NCBI RefSeq assembly: GCF_004010195.1
Contig: NC_057750.1
Span: forward strand, 12,251,144-12,315,143
DNA length: 64,000 nt
Direction: 5' to 3'
Origin: Chiloscyllium plagiosum
Taxonomy: Eukaryota
The notes under the pieces were generated by a model that was given only the letters and a program-made list of their open reading frames with translations, was not told the DNA's origin and did not search any database. Made by a program: the position numbers and the translations under genes. Below, piece after piece: positions 48,356 to 61,425 of this stretch. Every line of letters starts with the position of its first letter. Positions within the stretch are counted from its first letter, which is position 1.

Positions 48356-48583
48356 TTAGAGTCATAGAAATGTACAGCATAGACCCTTATACTGGGATGA
48401 CTGGTTGCTAAACTTACCCTGAACTTCTTCTAGGAGAGAAACTGAACATACTTTTAAACTCAGTCTTAGTGTCTCCTGAACTGAATTTAGAAAACTTGCT
48501 CTTTCCAGATGCTTCTGAAGTGAAAGAAAAGCTAAAGTCTTTAAATATTATACTACCTGCAATAAATCCAATGCTCTAAGTAT

Positions 48584-48860
48584 GAGTGATACAGTGGCTC
48601 AGTGGTTAGTATTACTGTCTTACAGCGGTAGGGATCTGGGTTCAGTTGCAGCCTTGAGTGACTGTGAATTTTGAACATTCTGTCCGAGTTTCCTCCAACA
48701 ATCTGAAGATGTGCAGGTTAGATGGATTAGCCATGGAGAATACAAAATTATAGGGTGTGGGTGGGAGGGTGGGATGAGTCTGGGTGGGATGCTCTTTGGT
48801 GAGTTGGTGTGGACTTATTGGGCTGAATGGCCTCTTTCCACACTGTAAGGATGATATGAT
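48584..48860 (+). mobile_element. Diverged HE1-type SINE
   Basis: Head and tail are recognisable; the V-domain is partly deleted. Confidence 0.8.
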
Positions 48861-50125
48861 AACATCTTTCCATTAATACCACAGGGCTATCCAGACATCT
48901 GTTCTCTGATCTTAAAAAAAGTATTGGATTCAGTTATCGTTCTGGAAGGGCTCACTGGTCTTTTTTTTAAAGAAAATATTTCACAAGTAACCAACACCCA
49001 TCTGCTGCTAATTTGAAATCCACATTCCAAAAATTATATTTATATATGGAAATGATATACTGTTTATCACACCTGTGAGCATTGTAAGCACCGAATGTGT
49101 CCTGCTGACTTATGTAAAGCCCTTGCAGATCCATTTGATTAATTTGTGCAGTACTCATAGAAGAACCAGTATTCAGCTGCAAGATGGGCCCTACAGTATT
49201 CTTATGCATGGAAGGCATTTTTTTTAAAAGAACTTCTGCTGTTACAAAGTCTCAGAAAATCCTTTGGAGTGCCTGTTACAGGTGTTGTGGTGAGTTCTTG
49301 GATTTGATTAGAATAGTGAAGGTTAGATGGGCTCCAGAGTGGGTTCTCAGCTCGGCACAACATTGAGGGCCAAATGTTGCTCTGCAATGTTCTATGTTGT
49401 TGCGTCCTCCAATTTGTCCACACAACAGCGGCAGTTCAGAGCTGCAGTTATTGTGCCTCTGTGTCAGCAGCACAACAGGGAGATAAAGAAGTCTGTTGCA
49501 GAAAGAGTAAATTACCCAATGCCCTCTTAGACGTTGGAGTAGGACTCCCCCATGGTACTTGACAGTGACAAAAGGCTGTCTGGCAGACCAGCCCAATCAT
49601 TTCAGTGCCATTGACAGTCATTATTCTTATGTATCCCAATGCATCGAGGTTCCAACTGAATTGCCTGAACTCATGCCTGGTGACTCTCAAAGCGCTGATC
49701 CCAACCCCATGCTAGTTTTTAAGGAGTTGTCAGAGTGTTGGCTTGCTTAGTTGGGTAGATGAGTAATGGTGTAGAGTAGAGCCAATACCATGGGTTCAGT
49801 CTCCATACCAGCTGTGATCATACATGGAGGTCTGCCTCTTCACTGTAACCTGTATTGTGCAGTGGTTATCTTCAAGATTACATAGCAAATTGTCTGTCTC
49901 TAATGGAGAGAAATGTCTATGGTCCTTAATGGTATGTACGCTGTTGATGTCCAAGCTGGTGACTATCTGTGTCTGATCAAGTGATGATACTGCTTTGTCA
50001 GTTGTGCAGTTCTTCTTGCCTCCACCTGGAACTGCTGTGTCTAAGCAAGTTTTGGGGTGATGAGAAATAAGAGGCTTTTACTGACACTGTCTGCAGTTTT
50101 CATATCTTGCCAGGTGATAATTGAT

Positions 50126-50297
50126 GAGTCGAAAAGGGTGGTGCTGGAAAAGGACAGCAAGTCAGGCAGCATCCGAGGAGCAAGAGAGTCGATGTTTTGG
50201 GTATAAACCCTTCATCAGAAATCTGGAGGGGGAAGGGGAATAAGAGTTAAATAGGAGAGTGGAAGTGGGGCTGGGGGGAAGGTAAGTGGATGCAAGC
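50126..50297 (-). mobile_element. PLE-derived 3' UTR/pLTR with hammerhead-like core
   Basis: Minus strand CTGATGA-A-GGGT-TTAT-ACCC-AAAA-CA-TC. Confidence 0.78.
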
Positions 50298-51098
50298 GAG
50301 TGTTGAGAAGATTTTAAGAAAGGAATGTACCAATATTCTCAATGTACTTAGCAACTTTAGAGGGTCTGTCATGGCTATGACCTGTATGCAGAAAACCATC
50401 TCTTTCATGGAGCTCAGGAAATATAAGGCGCTCTTGCTTTTGTTTTTTCTGAGCTGATATCTTCTATTGTGTGTCACCTTGTTCTGCAAGAAAAAGAGAA
50501 TGAATATTGAAGGTTGTGCTGAGCTTGTTTGAGTGATATGTCTGCAAGGCAGAATAGCTGGAGGATTGTGCAGCAAGCGAGAGATGGATAGTTGCATTTT
50601 TAATAGGTGTGGAAGGGTGAGGTCGAGTACCTGGATGTTCTGGATGAGCCCTGAGTGTCAGGGGCAGCAGATGGGTGAATGATCAGAGCTTGCTGCATTA
50701 ACGCATTTGATAAGTTGATAGAGTGGCAGCTAAGAGATACCATTTAAAGATGCATTCACTTACCTTGACCACCCATGCGAGGTCATTAAACTTTCTCCAC
50801 CACTGCTGCCAGATCTTTGTGACAGACATCTGTTAGGCCTTCATGATTACCTCACTACAAAAATAGACAGTATGGGCAATTAACTGCCTTACTTTTTTTT
50901 TATTAATTCATGAAATGTGAGTATTGCTGATTAGGCTAACATCTATTACCCATCCCTAATTGCCATTGAGAAGATGGCGGTGAGATGTCTTCTTGAATCT
51001 CTAGAGTCCTTGGCCCAGAGGTACATCCACAATGCTTTAGCAGGGACCTTCCAGATTTTGACCCAGTGAAGTGAAGGAACAGATATGTAGTTCCAAGT

Positions 51099-52077
51099 CA
51101 ATAGACAATAGGTGCAGGAGTAGGCCATTCAGCCCTTTGGGCCTGCACCGCCATTCAATATGATCATGGCTGATCATTCCTAATCAGTATCCTGTGCCTG
51201 CCTTATCCCCATAACCCTTGATTCCACTATCTTTGAGAGTTCTATCCAACTCTTTCTTAAATGAATCCAGAGACTGGGCCTCCACTGCCCTCTGGGGCAG
51301 AGCATTCCACACAGCCACCACTCTCTGGGTGAAAAAGTCTCTCCTCATCTCTGTCCTAAATGGTCTACCCCATATTTTTAAGCTGTGTCCTCTNNNNNNN
51401 NNNNNNNNNNNNNNNNNNNNNNNNNNNNNNNNNNNNNNNNNNNNNNNNNNNNNNNNNNNNNNNNNNNNNNNNNNNNNNNNNNNNNNNNNNNNNNNNNNNN
51501 NNNNNNNNNNNNNNNNNNNNNNNNNNNNNNNNNNNNNNNNNNNNNNNNNNNNNNNNNNNNNNNNNNNNNNNNNNNNNNNNNNNNNNNNNNNNNNNNNNNN
51601 NNNNNNNNNNNNNNNNNNNNNNNNNNNNNNNNNNNNNNNNNNNNNNNNNNNNNNNNNNNAAGTGGATAACCATACATTTATCCACATTAAACTGCATCTG
51701 CCATGCATCTGACCACTCACCTAACTTGTCCAGGTCACCCTGTAATCTCCTAACATCCTCATCACATTTCACCCTGCCACCCAGCTTTGTATCATCAGAA
51801 AATTTGCTAATGTTATTGCTGATACCATCTTCTATATCATTAACATATATTATACAAAGCTGCGGTCCCAGCATGGATCCCTGTGGTACCCCACTGGTCA
51901 ATGCCTGCCATTCCGAAATGGAACCGTTTATCACTACCCTTTGTTTCCTATCAGCCAACCAATTTTCAATCCAATCTGGTACTTAGCCCCCAATACCATG
52001 CGTCCTAATTTTACTCACTAACCTCCTGTGTGGGTCTTTATCAAAAGCTTTCTGAAAGTCCAGGTACACTACATCTA
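51099..52077 (-). mobile_element. Young CR1 LINE RT plus 3' end spanning a gap
   Basis: SGVPQGSMLGPQL, SKFSDDTKLGG, FFTQRVVAVWNALP. Confidence 0.95.
51394..51659. other. Assembly gap (266 N)
   Basis: Run of N. Confidence 1.
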
Positions 52078-52904
52078 CAAGCATGCATCTACAAGATTGG
52101 TGTGTGGTTTGGAGGGGGATTTGCTTGTGTTAGTTTACCAATATATCTGCTTCCCTTGTCCTTCTAAGTGCTGTCAAAGAAGATGGATGGACTGCCTTAA
52201 AGCTGGAGGCTAATTGCAACTCATGTCAGCTGTGCACTGTCTTCAGCCGCCTGTTAATAATGCAGGCAACTAGCATCATGTTGAATTGGACTGTTCTATC
52301 AATTGTACGAAATTAAATTGCAGCCTTCCTTCATGGCGGCAGGCATGGCCAGGTTGTGAATTGTGACAACACACTCAGTAAACTGCATTGGGACTGGTTT
52401 CTAGCCTATAGTCTTTGGTACCAGGAATGTCCCCACTTTATGAAGAAAATTTATTTGACTACAGTATCATCAGATTACTCTTAGAAAGTAATATATTACA
52501 TGTGAAATGCTTCGAGACATCCAAGAAATTGTTTTCTCTTTCCCACTTTAAAAGGGTTAGATGAATCAATTGGTATTAGGTTGATTACAAATAAGCTGCT
52601 CTCTTGGAAGGAACACCGCAAATATCTTCTGGTTATTCAAAGACCATAATTGAGCCCATTTCTTGTATTCTGTTGAAAATGGGATTGAATTTGTCACCCC
52701 TCTCAGCTGTTACAACCTCATCAGCAGTGTTACTGCAGCCAAGAATAGGGAGTTAAAGAAGGCTGGAGACTATTGGCTTAACCTGTAACCACTGGTTATA
52801 TTTTATATACTGAAGGAAAACAGGAATAATTCTGTAACTTCTACAGTTTAATTACGTAAAAGCTTCTTATTAAATCATAAAATTGTTCTGATATTAAAAA
52901 GAAA

Positions 52905-53335
52905 TTTCAATTTTGCAGTGCTTTTCGAGACCCCAAATCACACTTGAAGTGTAGCCAATATTGTCTTTCACCAAGTGCAAACCACTTTGCACACAGCAAT
53001 ATCCTATGAATGAATGGCTGGTTAATAACAGTGAATGCTGGCCAGGACACTGACATAACCTATGACCTTCTTCTGTGCTTCAGTTTTCTGTGATCCAATA
53101 CCAGATGATGTCCTGCTCTTCTCTGAAAAAATATACACCATAGGATATTTAATATTTACTTTTGTTTGGTAGTGGTTTCATACCTCAAGTGAAAAACAGT
53201 ACCCTCCAGTAGTGTGCAGTGCAGCTTTGGAATGTAACTGAAGTGTCAGCTGTGATTTTATACATAACCTCGGTTGACTGTTGGAGCTCGAAGCTTCTGA
53301 CTCAGAGGCAAGAGTGCTACTACTGAGCCAAGCTG
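52905..53335 (-). mobile_element. Degenerate SacSINE1-like DeuSINE
   Basis: CTTCTGACTCAGAGGCAAGAGTGCTACTACTGAGCCA head on the minus strand. Confidence 0.65.
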
Positions 53336-54640
53336 CCATATCAACACTGCATGCCTTTCAGTAAAGAAGCAATGATTGTGGCAGTAAACAAGTAAGGACT
53401 TCACCGAAGATCTGAGAGACTTTCTGATGGAATAAGATTTCAACTGTAAAAGGATGGAACAAACTCTCTATTGGCAAATGAATGAAAGCATAGGATAAAG
53501 AAAGTATAGGATAGAAACAGACTATTCAGCCCAGTTGGTCCAAGCTGTTGTTTATGCTGCAACAAATCTTTCATTTTACTTCATCTCACCCTAACTTCAC
53601 TTCCTTTTACTCCTTTCTCCTCCATTTTCTTATCTAGCTTTTGTTAAATGCATCAATGCTTTTCAAGCATCCTTCTTTAGGTTTGGAAGCCTTTGTTATA
53701 TTGTTTAAATTTGTTCAGCTGTGAGCATTGATTTCACACAATGTAGATTATTTAGTTCCTGTAGCTCAGCAATCCAGAAAGAATATATTGGTACTTTAAA
53801 AATTTGTTTTGGAGAATTTGACTAAACAAACTGAATTGACTTGTCTTTGAGAGTAAATTACGCATAATTAGTTACCAATTATTCAAAAATCCAAAGTCCT
53901 ATTTTACAGCTAATCCCAATTGTAATGACGTTTTTTTAAATCACAGACATACTGTGCCATAATTAGAAATATATTTGTTAGTTTTGTTTCACTAATTTCA
54001 ATCTCACTTATAATTTTGCCAAATTTCAATCATTTGCCAATAGAAATCCCATTTCTTCCTTTTACAGTAGAAATCTTATTCCATCTATCATTCCCAATAG
54101 CACATTTAATTTCAATTCATGACTGAACCTCTATTGGTAAAATTAAACTTAACTTTATTCAGGTTATCCAGTACAAGGATGTTTGAAATCTAGTTTTTAA
54201 AGTTAGCATTATCATTCAATAAACCAGTATTTCCCAAACTTTTTTCCAGTATGATCTTATTTTGATGCCACAGACTTTTTTGATTCCAGGGTATACATTG
54301 GTAGATGGTTGTGGAGAGACAGTGTTAAGATAGTTGTATAAGAGCACAGTGGTAGACGGAGGAAGCTTCGGCTCTGAGCTGAGAGCAATGAAGCTTCAAC
54401 TGGTCAGCTACTGAGTGGGAAGGCCGGGCTGATTCACAGGAGTTGATTGTGGAGTTGATGAAAAGGTAGAATTTCTGCAAAATAAAATTAACACATTTTT
54501 TTCAAAAGTTTTTTTTTGCAGCTACAGCAATCAAGTATTATCAAACAGTCCATTAGGTCACAGTGATAGACAGTAAAAAGCACAATGATTGAAATGGTTC
54601 ACAGTTGTCAGACTGAGCTCTATCGAAGCTATTCTTGAAT

Positions 54641-54960
54641 GCCTATAGTGTGGAAGCAGGCCATTTGGCCCAACAAGTTCACACCAACTCTCCAAAGACC
54701 ATCTTGCCCAGACTTACCCCCTACATATCCCCATAACCCTGCATTTCCCATGGCTAATCCACCTAACCTACACAATCCTGGACACTAGACAATTTAGCAT
54801 GTCAATCCACCTAACCTGTACATCTTTGGACTGTGGGAGGAAACCAGAAGACCGGCGGAAACTCGTGCAAGGAGAATGTGCAAACTCCGGACAGTCGCCC
54901 AAGGCTGGAATTGAACCCAGGACCCTGAAGCTGTGCTACCTACTGAGCCACCATGCCGCT
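54641..54960 (-). mobile_element. HE1-type V-SINE (long subfamily)
   Basis: Reverse-complement V-domain and tail. Confidence 0.87.
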
Positions 54961-57899
54961 ATTGCTGAGGGCTGTTATTGGTTCGACGGTAGTATTCCTA
55001 CATTTGGACTAGGAGACCTGGTTCAAGTCTCACCTGCTGCAGAGACATCTCTGAAAATATTGATTAGAAAATATCTGGAAACTACTGCTGCCTCAGAGCT
55101 TGTCATCTCTAAATCCCATCTCACAATCCCAGGGTTCTTGGCCCATAGTTTGGAAAACCCTGTTTGTAAATCATTGGCTTGTTCCCAGTTAGGAGGATCC
55201 ATCATAAAGTTCACTACCAGAGTTGATATGTAGAGTCAAATCACTTTCTCTATTTTGCACAAAGTTTGCAGAATTCTTTTCTAAACATTGAAGTGCAGTT
55301 GATAGGTAGTTTGAAGATGGATATTAGATTAGTTTTGCTTTTTGTCTGTTTATATTTTTCTCACATCGTTAGAAGCCTTTTGTTTGTCTCCCATGAGTAA
55401 ATCTATCATGCTGCATTTGTAAAGAACAGATTGCTTAATTGAAATGAAGCCTCATAGGCAGCATGTATCATTTTGTCAGTGAGGTCTCTCAGAAACCAAA
55501 TCAGAATGATAATCTAGCCTTTTCTCCAGCTTTTGTCTGTTATTAGTTTAAGAAGTGTAAGTTTGGTCCCCAAGCTAACCACTGAAAATAACACAGATTC
55601 TATCAGGGTTTCATAGCATCAACAGTTTAAAGTACTGAATAGCAAGCAAGATGTGTGAAGGACACGGTGTTGATGTGGCTTGGGATTTAGCTTCTAAAGA
55701 AAGTCACAGATCAAAGCTGGACTGCATCAGTTATTTTTATTGCAGTAAACAGGCAATCAATTAAGTAATTCATACAGCATTGCATAAAGGAGAGTCGAGA
55801 TCTTTGCTTTGTTTACTTAAGCACAGCAATAAATTGTTCACCAGATTGTTGAATGTACTGTTTAGTCAGGTTTAGTGGGCAGCATTCTTGTGAGTTCAAG
55901 TCCCACTCCAGGGCTTGAGGTCCTTCTCCAAAGCCAAAGATTTAGCATTCAACCTCCAGGTCACCTAACTAAATGAGGGGAGATGGGTAGGAAACAATGT
56001 TGTTGATGTTGAGGGAAAGATTGCTGATTTAAGAGACCATAGAATTGGCTTTAATGACCTAGATTTTCACAGACTTCAAAATGCCAGGTGGAACCATTCC
56101 CGACAGATCCTATTTTTGTTGGCAATTTGAAATGGGCTGGGGGATGACTCCCACACATGAAGGAAATCTGAATTCAGCAAGGCCATTTTAACTCCATAAT
56201 GATTTAAATTTTCACTGTCGCAAGGATCTTATACCACAATGCAGGAGTTACAACTTCATACAGCAGACATAAACAGAGAGATACAGTTGAAGGGCAGATA
56301 AGAACTGTATGCAGAACTGTTAAGCTGTCAAGTTGTTTAAATTCCCAACTATTAAAATATTGCCTGTGTCAGTGAGAGTTTTTAAAAAACTCAAAATGTA
56401 AAGTTATCTAAAACCCCAGCCATGTAAAAGATTCAAAAAGGAACAACCTGCCTGTTCACTGTTCTGGCAGTTACAGTAGCTGTTTGTTGACATTAGCCCA
56501 ATCACCATCATTATATCAATATTAATGTTTGGCTGCTTTCCATAGCCTAGAATTATCCCAGCAGGGTTTGTGAGGGCTGTGAGTTTACAGCTGGATTGAG
56601 ACTTCAGAGAAGTTACTAAAGGAATAGCTGCCTTTGATGTTGGTTAATGATTACAAATCTTTTTTTGGATAAGTTTTGTATTCAGGAGACTTTTAAAGTT
56701 TTGAATTGACTTTCATAATTGGGTTTGTTTGTTTATTCTAGTGAAAGCTGTAATAGATAATTAAATTTATCATGTCGCAACCTCATTTTTGAGGTCAGTC
56801 CACAGTGGATAGCATTAAGAGTGTAAGGGATGTGTGAGTGGTGAATGTGTTGGCTGGCATGTGTTGGCATTAAATTTAAATGGGGTACAAGGCATGAATT
56901 CGCACAGAGGATGTGAAAGGCTGTGGAGGGCAGGAATAGCATGGATGGGGCATGGGGATTGGGTCAAGGGATGACGAGATGAGGTTAAAGTGCATAAATT
57001 AAAGCCCCAGAGGCTGACCTTTTAATCAATCCATCTAAGCACTCTGTGACAGCCACTGCAACTATCTCTGAATTGCGTTCAGCGTTGATGAGCCTGACTC
57101 CGCATGAGATCTATCCCTCAACATACTTAGCCCACCTCCAAACAGCAAGAGAAAAAAAAATGCACAATTCAAGGCACTATTGGAGTGTGCCAAGCTGGGA
57201 AGTTTCCTCAGTTGAGCTCCCCGAAAAATCCAGCCAATGTCTCACCAACACTTGGCTTTCTGAAGCTATAGCTGCCACAGGAATAGATTGGGGACCTGAA
57301 AGGCTTGCTATCTGAGAACCTCACTCCCACTTAGGGGTCCTGCTCTGAATTCTGAGAGACCGCCATAAGATAAACTCTTCCAAGGTAAGGAAGAAATGAG
57401 GCTGAGGACAAATTCTCCAATCAAGCAGGTGCAGAAAGAGAGCAGCTCAAGTGTGGTCTCTCTGACTTAGAGATGGTGCACCAAAAGGATCCAGGAGGGT
57501 GAGAAGGTAAGTGGCAAAATACTACTGGAAGCCAAACTTCACACTCTGACTTCCCAATATCATCCTGCACTGTATGTCTCAGGACAACACACCTTTTAGC
57601 TCATTCATTTTCACTCTGTTCAGGCATCTGACATCTCCATTTATAAAGACTCCATTTGCAGTCATCCTCAGACTGTTGCCTTCTTGTACTCTTGCCTTAC
57701 AGTGACCCTACTCAGAAGTTGTTCTCTCCTCCTCTCCATATAAGTCATTCCAAATACTTACAGCTCTTCCCTTTCTCTTCTTGAAGAAGAACAATGTACA
57801 CAATTTGATGAGAGGAAGAGAACCCCAGGATTGGGGCTTATGGTGGACTGGCTGATGGAGGGGTACTTAATGACTGCTCCTTGTCAGCGTCTGGCAATG

Positions 57900-58350
57900 T
57901 ATGTCTACCTGTTCCATGAAAAAGTTGGTCTTGTTCAAGGAAGGTGCAGGTATTAATAGTGACCTGCCTCCAAATACCTGAGTCTCCTGAGGTACTGATG
58001 TTCAGACATGTTGAGAGAGCTAATCCTCTACCTTTAATTCCTGTGTCAGGGCAACTTGTCTTCTTCCAGCTGGATCTTAGTATCTCAGTGTTTGTTTCTC
58101 TCTATGTAGAGGGTCACATGGATAAGGAGAGTTCAGTTGTTGCTTCTTGTAGTTTGATTTCCATTTCACCCATGGCACAGGAAGCTGGTGGCAGACAGAT
58201 ACAGTTAAAGCTGGATGATATTCTAGACAGGTAAAGTGTCTTGTAAGAAACAGTCAATCACCTGTCCAGGATTTACTGCAGTTGAAGAAAGATGGTGCTA
58301 TGACCAACAACCTCTCACTTGGCCATGGTTGGAGCTCATCAGTGTACCTG
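57900..58350 (-). mobile_element. Possible very old RTE-type RT remnant
   Basis: Only VIAPSFFN resembles the RTE GCVxAPxLFN motif. Confidence 0.3.
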
Positions 58351-58489
58351 TCAGCTTCATTAAAAAGCCTCTCCCCAGTATGTATTCCCTCCCCAGTGTG
58401 TATTCACTTAGTCAGCTTGGCAAGTGCTGATAGGTTAGGAAGCAGGTGCCTAATGGGAAACACAGAATTGAGGGATAAAAAAGGTACTG

Positions 58490-59578
58490 CATTAGGACAT
58501 TATTTTAAATGGGCAAGGAGACACTGCAGCAACCCAGAACACCAGAAGGCAGAACAGGAACACCTATTCAAAGGAGTTAAACAAAACGAGTACCCCAAGA
58601 GCACTTTCCTCCAGTACTTATGGGACAAATCCAAAGAAGAAAACACTACATGACCAGACATGGTGGTGACCATACCATACATCAAAGACATAGCAGAGAT
58701 AGCTACATAATAACTCAGACCTCTGGGATTCTTAGTGGCCGCAAACCAGGGCGGCACGGTGGCACAGTGGTTAGCACTGTTGCCTCACAGCGCCAGAGAC
58801 CCGGGTTCAATTCCCGCTTCAGGCGACTGACTGTGTGGAGTTTGCACGTTCTCCCCGTGTCTGCGTGGGTTTCCTCCGGGTGCTCCGGTTTCCTCCCACA
58901 GTCCAAAGATGTTCAGGGTCAGGTGAATTGGCCGTACTAAATTGCCCGTAGTGTTAGGTAAGGGGTAAATGTAGGGGTATGGGTGGGTTCGCTTCGGCGG
59001 GTCGGTGTGGACTTGTTGGGCCGAAGGGCCTGTTTCCACACTGTAATGTAATCTAATCTAATGTAATCTAATCTAATCAAACACCTTTCATCAGCTCCTC
59101 ATAAAGGTTAAAGACCCAACACCCACATCCAACAGAATGAACGTTATTTCCAAATGCCCTGCAATGATTGTGAAAAACATGACATCGGACAAACAAGAAG
59201 AAAACTGACTATATGAGTGCATGAATATCAGCTCGCCTCTGCCAGACATGATCAGTACTCTCTCATTTCCAACCACACAGACAACGAAGGACACAAATTC
59301 AGCTGGGACAGTGTAATCATCCTAGCACAGGCTAAATAGAGACAGCCAAAGAATTCCTTGAAGCCTGGCACTCTAACCAGAATTCAATCAATAGAGACAA
59401 TGAACTGGACTCTGTATACAAACCACTCAGATACAGAACTAGAAATACCAATAGAGACATATAATTACCGAGTGGGACGGACCACCAACTCCTCACTGAA
59501 GATGCACTGATGATATCACCTGGTAAGGTGAAAGAACATCTGCAGAAAAACACACTTGGCGAACTAATCCACAACTTC
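58490..59578 (+). mobile_element. Penelope-like element: RT thumb/linker plus GIY-YIG, split by HE1
   Basis: ARRHCSNPE...EHLF, TIPYIKD; after the HE1, KVKDP...PCNDCEKHDIGQTRRKL...GHKFSWD...EFLEAWHS. Degenerate hammerhead at 59507-59542. Confidence 0.88.
58749..59078 (+). mobile_element. HE1-type V-SINE (young)
   Basis: Full-length with an expanded AATCT tail. Confidence 0.93.
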
Positions 59579-59944
59579 ATGAAAAAAAAGTCTTTTGTCT
59601 ATTTATTCATCTTCATAAATTACTTAAAATGTGAAAGAACAAACTCAGGATTCCCTGCTCACTTTCAGATATATCCTACAGAAACCTGGAAGAGTGCGGA
59701 AAATGTTGGGATTCCAATCTGACATCAATTTCAGGTTATTTAACTCCTCTAGTGCATGGAGCCCTGGCTTTGGAAAATGCCTCATCACATGACTCTAACA
59801 AGATCCAGGTTCGCTGACAGTCCAGTAGGTGAACCAAGCATTGTTTGTTGGAATTTCAATAGCACCACCTTACAATGAATACACTGTGTGTCGGCAAGAG
59901 TCCAGTAATGATTCCTCTGTGATTGACATGCTGAATAATGATAG

Positions 59945-60215
59945 ATGAGTGGAAAGGTTTGGTTATACTCAATGAAGGTGAGGAGGTTAGTGGTTGATTT
60001 GATAGAAATATGTAAAATAATGAAAGAAATTTTCAAGCTGGATAGAGAAAGACTCTTTCCCCCAATGTTGGAACCTAGACCGCCACAACACAGTCTTCAA
60101 ATTTGCATTGATCACATTAGAAATGGGAATTCAGGAGAAATTTATTTACACTTAGTGCAGTGAAACAGCAGAATGGCATTGCACTGGAAGAATATTGAAT
60201 CAGTTGTGGTGTTTG
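59945..60215 (+). mobile_element. Old CR1 3' fragment
   Basis: RRLVVDLIEICKIMK...DRERLFP. Confidence 0.65.
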
Positions 60216-60254
60216 AAGCCAGATACCTCCTTACTTTGCATTTACTTTGTGTCT

Positions 60255-60685
60255 CCAGGACAAAGCAACTTGCTTGGTTGGCACTCCATCCACTACCTTC
60301 AACATTTAACCACTGATCCTAATGGCAACAGTAAGGACTATCTACAAGATGCACTGCAGGAAATCACCAGATCCTTAAATAGCACCATCTAGACCCAAGA
60401 CCACTATCACCTAGAAAGACAAGGGCAGAAGATACATCAGAACACCATCATCTGCAAATTTTCCACCAACCCACTCATCACACTGACTTGGAAACTATAT
60501 CACTATTGTTTCAGTGTTGTTCAATTAAAATCATAAATCACCTCCCTTAAAGGCATTGTGGGTCCCCACATCATACGGACTGCAGCAGTTCAAGAAATAG
60601 CCTCACTATCATATTCTAAAGGAAAATTAGCGATGGTCAATAAATGCTGGCTTAGCCAGCAATGTCCAAGTCCTGTGATTTCTTT
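60255..60685 (+). mobile_element. LINE family B 3' end
   Basis: Collinear with 40260-40650. Confidence 0.8.
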
Positions 60686-60772
60686 TTTTAAAAGCTAAGA
60701 GATAATGTGGGAAATGACAAAATCAAACTGCCATTTCTAATAAGATAAAGCAGGAGGATAAAGTAATGGGGT

Positions 60773-60930
60773 CAAGATTAGATGGTGCTGGAAAAGCACA
60801 GCAGGTCAGGCAGCATCCGAGGAGCAGAAAATCAATATTTCGGGCAGGAGCCCTTCAGCTGTGCTGTGCTTTTCCGGCACCACTCTAATCTTGACTCTAA
60901 TCTCTAGCATTGGCAGTCCTCACTTTCACC
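60773..60930. mobile_element. Palindromic PLE-derived element with central deletion
   Basis: GGTGCTGGAAAAGCACAGCA is inverted against TGCTGTGCTTTTCCGGCACC; stem GGGC-TCCT-GCCC-GAAA on the minus strand. Confidence 0.8.
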
Positions 60931-61425
60931 TAGTATGTTGAATGGGGCAACAGTCTAATCTAATTCCTTTGTTCTTAAAATTGAAAAAGAAAGTGTTATT
61001 GAGGATTTTCTTTCTTACATACCTCAAGTACATTGCAGCATTATTTCTGCTCTGTTAACTATCTCTGCTACATGGGGCTGAAAAACCTTGCTTTGGGAAT
61101 GATTGCCATTTGGAAACATTTTTAACCCTGTTTTCCAAAGTAAAAGCAAATATGCTTTAAGTGAAAAGTCCAATCCAGTGATTACAAACACAATATCACA
61201 CAAGAGACATTTTTGGTTTGCATTACAACCAAATTTAGATTAGTTTAACTTGGTTTTGATATTGTACACCTTCTAGGTATGCCACAATTTTTTAAAACTG
61301 GAAAGCTTGAAATTTTTAATTAAATATTTACATGATTCATCTTTCTTTTTTTGATGTTCATGTATTGATTGTGCACACTTTGATTTATCTGTTCTCATGA
61401 TGTATTTGAAGAAGGCATTTATTGT

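Larger units (their letters stand above)
50900..52200 (-). mobile_element. LINE family B 3' end split by a CR1 (pieces ~50900-51098 and ~52090-52200)
   Basis: CCCATCCCTAATTGCC...TTCCAAGTCA resumes as AGATTGGTGTGTGGTTTGGAGGGG. Confidence 0.7.

Noticed and set aside
55960..57320. Possible non-autonomous DNA-transposon remnant (also ~17690-18250)
   Set aside because: The composition is suggestive, but I could not identify TIRs, a TSD or a transposase.
58749..58825. tRNA-like sequences at SINE heads
   Set aside because: They continue directly into SINE bodies and are not standalone tRNA genes.
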